Shown in pieces: positions 61,263 through 64,000 of a stretch of DNA of 64,000 bases (its first letter is position 1; each line of letters opens with the position of its first letter). Location: NCBI GenBank assembly GCA_947084965.1, contig CAMTUG010000004.1:87490-151489 (forward strand), read 5' to 3'. Source of the stretch: an uncultured Parcubacteria group bacterium. Its GTDB lineage: Bacteria > Patescibacteriota > Patescibacteriia > UBA9934 > CAMTUG01. The translations under genes were made by a program, and so were the position numbers. The notes under the pieces are model-generated. The model ran no database searches. It saw nothing but the letters and a program-made list of their open reading frames with translations, and was not told where the DNA came from.

Positions 61263-62636
61263 TTGATGTGTTGTATGAAAAACACACAAGGTGGCGTGAC
61301 GACCCAGGTGGGGATTACACGCACAAAACACGAACAGGACAGGTCGGCGGTTCCAGAGGCCGTTAAGTACTGCCTTTACGCTCGTAAGAGTAGCGAATCG
61401 GCAGAACGTCAGGTTCTCTCGATCGATTCGCAGACCAAAGAAATGTTGCAGATCGCAGAACGTGACGGGCTGAATGTGGTGGAAATCAAGCGTGAAAGTC
61501 ACTCGGCTAAGGCTACTGGCGAGCGTCCGGTTTTTAACGAACTTTTGCGGGATGTCCGTGAGAAAAAGTTCAACGGAATCCTGACGTGGGCACCGGATCG
61601 ACTAAGCCGTAACGCGGGTGACCTCGGAGCAGTAGTCGACCTGATAGACCAAGGACTGCTTGTAGAGATTCGGACGCACGGACAGACATTCAGTAACAAT
61701 CCAAACGAGAAGTATCTGCTGATGATTCTTGGCTCAACGGCTAAACTCGAAAACGATCACCGAGGAGAAAACGTAAAACGTGGGCTTCGCACGCGAGTCG
61801 AGATGGGATTCTGGCCGGGCATGGCACCAATCGGATACTCTGATCAAAACTTAATGGATAAGAAGGGTCAAAAGCTCCTCGATCCTGTGCGAGCACCGAT
61901 CGTAAAGCAGATGTTTGAGAAAGTCGCCTACGAAAAATGGAGCGGACGAAAGCTCTACAACTGGCTCAAGCACGATTTGAACTTCAAGACGCGCGGCAAT
62001 AAAACACTAACGCTCAGTGGTATCTACCGCATCTTCGAGAATCCCTTCTACCATGGGCGGTTCGAGTTTCCACGCAACACTGGGAACTGGTACGAAGGAA
62101 AGCACAAACCAATCATCACGAAGGAGCTGTTCGATCTGGCCCATGTTCAATTAAAACGCGATCAGATCGTGCGGGAGAACAAGGAGTTCGCCTTCACCAA
62201 ACTGTTCACGTGTGGACAATGTGGGTCGGGAATGTCGGCACAAGAAAAGTACAAGCAACGGAAGGACGGTGGCCACACGCGATATGTCTACTATGGCTGT
62301 ACGCGTTCGCGGGATCGCAACTGCACCAATCCGTATATCAGAGAAGATGAGCTGATCGTAGAGCTACTGAAAATCATCGATGAAATCGATATCAACGAGC
62401 TTGGATTGAAAATAAAACTCGAAGAAGAAATAAAACGCTTTAGCCGCTTCGAACGATTGTTCCGTGGTGGAACGTCTGTGCCGGAAGGAACTACAGAGGA
62501 GATGGACGTCCGTGCGTACATGAAGTATCTCCTACGCGAAGGAAGCATGTCGGAGAAGCGAGAATTGCTTGGGAACCTAAGATCTAGACTACTCTGCACT
62601 AACAAACAGGTCTCAGTCATTGATCGAAGCAACTAG
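61263..62636 (+). CDS. Large serine recombinase (resolvase/integrase family)
   Basis: Catalytic region KYCLYARKSSESAERQ, recombinase domain and C-terminal Cys cluster (CGQCGSGM...YYGCTRSRDRNC). The real start may be a few codons downstream. Confidence 0.8.
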   Translation: MMCCMKNTQGGVTTQVGITRTKHEQDRSAVPEAVKYCLYARKSSESAERQVLSIDSQTKEMLQIAERDGLNVVEIKRESHSAKATGERPVFNELLRDVREKKFNGILTWAPDRLSRNAGDLGAVVDLIDQGLLVEIRTHGQTFSNNPNEKYLLMILGSTAKLENDHRGENVKRGLRTRVEMGFWPGMAPIGYSDQNLMDKKGQKLLDPVRAPIVKQMFEKVAYEKWSGRKLYNWLKHDLNFKTRGNKTLTLSGIYRIFENPFYHGRFEFPRNTGNWYEGKHKPIITKELFDLAHVQLKRDQIVRENKEFAFTKLFTCGQCGSGMSAQEKYKQRKDGGHTRYVYYGCTRSRDRNCTNPYIREDELIVELLKIIDEIDINELGLKIKLEEEIKRFSRFERLFRGGTSVPEGTTEEMDVRAYMKYLLREGSMSEKRELLGNLRSRLLCTNKQVSVIDRSN

Positions 62637-64000
62637 AATCTCGTAATGTTCGTGGAATACGGAATCCATCATTTCCAGAAGGTACTGCACATTCTTTTGG
62701 GTTTCAGGAACCAAAGACGGATCAAACCCAGCGCCCGTTATGTGTGACTGATCGTTCGTGTATTTATAGATCGCTGTCTTTTTGTTTTCATCGAAAGTCA
62801 GAGCTTCCATCTTTTTATAAAGCGTCTGATTGCTTGGGACTCTAAACATCAAAAATGTTTCCAAAACCTTTCGGGCGATATTAGGAATATGGTAGACGGA
62901 AGCGATACTTCCATCGGTCTCAAATTGATGCAAAATCTTGAACAAGTAATGATACTCGCTCTCATGGTTCCTTAAATCTTTGTCGAGTTCAGCTAAATAG
63001 GCGGTTCTTCCTTCTGAGGCTGAATACTGATTTTTGATCATGTAATATTTACTCCCACCCGTCTTGCTGAGCCAGTTTAAGATCAACTTCAAAAAATCAA
63101 AATTGTGAGTCAATAGAAAGACCTGCCTCGCGTCCTTTACTGCATTCTTGAGGTAAGCAAACGCTTGAAAAAGAGAATTGGAATCCAAACTAGAGATCGG
63201 ATCATCAACGACGATGATTCCGTTCTCCAGATCAAAATCCTGATCCTTGAGTTGGATAACAAAGTATAGGAAGGCGACTGCCGTCTTTTCACCCTCGCTC
63301 AAATTTTTGGCAAGTATGCCATTTCGTTTTATCAGGTAACCGCCATCCGGAGCAACCTCGAAAACTATTTCGTTTCTTCCAAGAAACGTTCCCAATTCCT
63401 TGTTTAGAGAATCACAGGCTCTGTGTTCCGAAGATATCTTTCCTTTGTTGTCGTTGATTCTTTTCTTCAGTGCCGAAATACCAAGAAAGCTCTCGTCGCC
63501 AGCATCCCCTTTTTCAAGTCGATGGATTTCCTTTGAGGCTGCGGCAATCTCATTGTCCAAAGCCTTCACTTCTTCAAAGATCGTGCTCAAGTGATGCTGT
63601 TTGAGTAGCTCGGCAGCCTTATCCTTCTCTGACTGAAAGTTATCACTTTTTTGGTTGTGTTGATCCACCAACTCATTAAGTGAAGCGACAGCTTCCTTAA
63701 AGTTATTGCTGAGCGACTTGGAAAAGGATAACGACTCGGTCGTCTTTTGTTTTTTGTTGGTCAGAATCTCAACCATCGCTAAAAGCTCAGCGCAAGAATT
63801 CTCCTTCTCTTGGTTGTAAGACATTACCCTCGAGGCGAATTTTGTTTGCAGATCGTTGTAAAATTGCGCCTTGTCGGGCACCTGCCTATTTTGTACAGCT
63901 TGAATGAAACCCTGTAGATGCGTGATCTGGGAGTCGATTCTGCTCTTCAGTTTTTTGTCGGCCTCATTGAAGTGACCAAGAAGCGCCTCGACTCTTCCGG
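62613..64000 (-). CDS. ABC/AAA-type ATPase (abortive-infection/RloA-like), partial; the N-terminus lies beyond the right window edge
   Basis: Signature-like LSEGEKTAVAFLYF, Walker B plus D-loop IIVVDDPISSLD and H-loop LLTHN. The frame stays open from 63881 to the window edge (...GRVEALLGHFNEADKK...). Confidence 0.55.
   Translation of the reverse strand, partial: GRVEALLGHFNEADKKLKSRIDSQITHLQGFIQAVQNRQVPDKAQFYNDLQTKFASRVMSYNQEKENSCAELLAMVEILTNKKQKTTESLSFSKSLSNNFKEAVASLNELVDQHNQKSDNFQSEKDKAAELLKQHHLSTIFEEVKALDNEIAAASKEIHRLEKGDAGDESFLGISALKKRINDNKGKISSEHRACDSLNKELGTFLGRNEIVFEVAPDGGYLIKRNGILAKNLSEGEKTAVAFLYFVIQLKDQDFDLENGIIVVDDPISSLDSNSLFQAFAYLKNAVKDARQVFLLTHNFDFLKLILNWLSKTGGSKYYMIKNQYSASEGRTAYLAELDKDLRNHESEYHYLFKILHQFETDGSIASVYHIPNIARKVLETFLMFRVPSNQTLYKKMEALTFDENKKTAIYKYTNDQSHITGAGFDPSLVPETQKNVQYLLEMMDSVFHEHYEILVASIND

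Overview
The window is a compositional mosaic: a backbone of about 50% GC, interrupted five times by islands of about 70% GC, followed by a mobile defence island that carries a complete diversity-generating retroelement (DGR).

Backbone genes (moderate GC):
- A giant acidic secreted surface protein that runs off the left edge of the window.
- An ECF sigma factor with a candidate anti-sigma partner.
- A secreted protein with a glycoside-hydrolase-like domain and FG-GAP repeats.
- A polysaccharide/envelope cluster: a GT4 glycosyltransferase, a SAM-dependent methyltransferase, an O-antigen-ligase-like membrane protein, a Wzz-like protein, a PDZ-containing trypsin-like protease and an AI-2E family transporter.
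- A housekeeping block of smpB, ssrA (tmRNA), infC, rpmI and rplT.

High-GC islands (roughly 12.5-13.8, 14.7-23.7, 29.8-30.7, 33.0-37.0 and 37.9-39.5 kb):
- Lipoproteins made of MopE-like Cys/Asp-rich modules and thrombospondin type 3-like motifs, some with (Thr-Asp)n hexanucleotide repeats.
- A MotA/ExbB-like protein paired with an Asp-TM coiled-coil protein, a Pro-rich coiled-coil protein and a POT family peptide transporter.
- Each island sits behind an AT-rich intergenic segment with a near-consensus sigma70 promoter (TTGACA, 17-bp spacer, TATATT-like -10) and a recognisable terminator.

Scattered between genes are three families of short heptamer-repeat hairpin elements. Two of them carry four-helix-bundle (TIGR02436, Avd/23S-IVS-protein family) genes in their loops. 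There is also an IS200/RAYT-like transposase flanked by REP-like palindromes.

The right-hand third (about 41-64 kb) looks like a mobile defence island:
- Two orphan DNA methyltransferases (one ParB-fused), TerS and TerL, and a DUF2779-like nuclease.
- A GmrSD-type type IV restriction enzyme.
- A complete DGR: reverse transcriptase, Avd, template repeat (TR), and a variable repeat (VR) at the C-terminus of a large target protein with no obvious signal peptide.
- A type I R-M system (hsdR, hsdS, hsdM), a PD-(D/E)xK-like protein, a large serine recombinase and a partial ABC-type ATPase.

No CRISPR array, rRNA or tRNA gene was found. All calls rest on reading the sequence and the ORF track by eye; no database search was possible.
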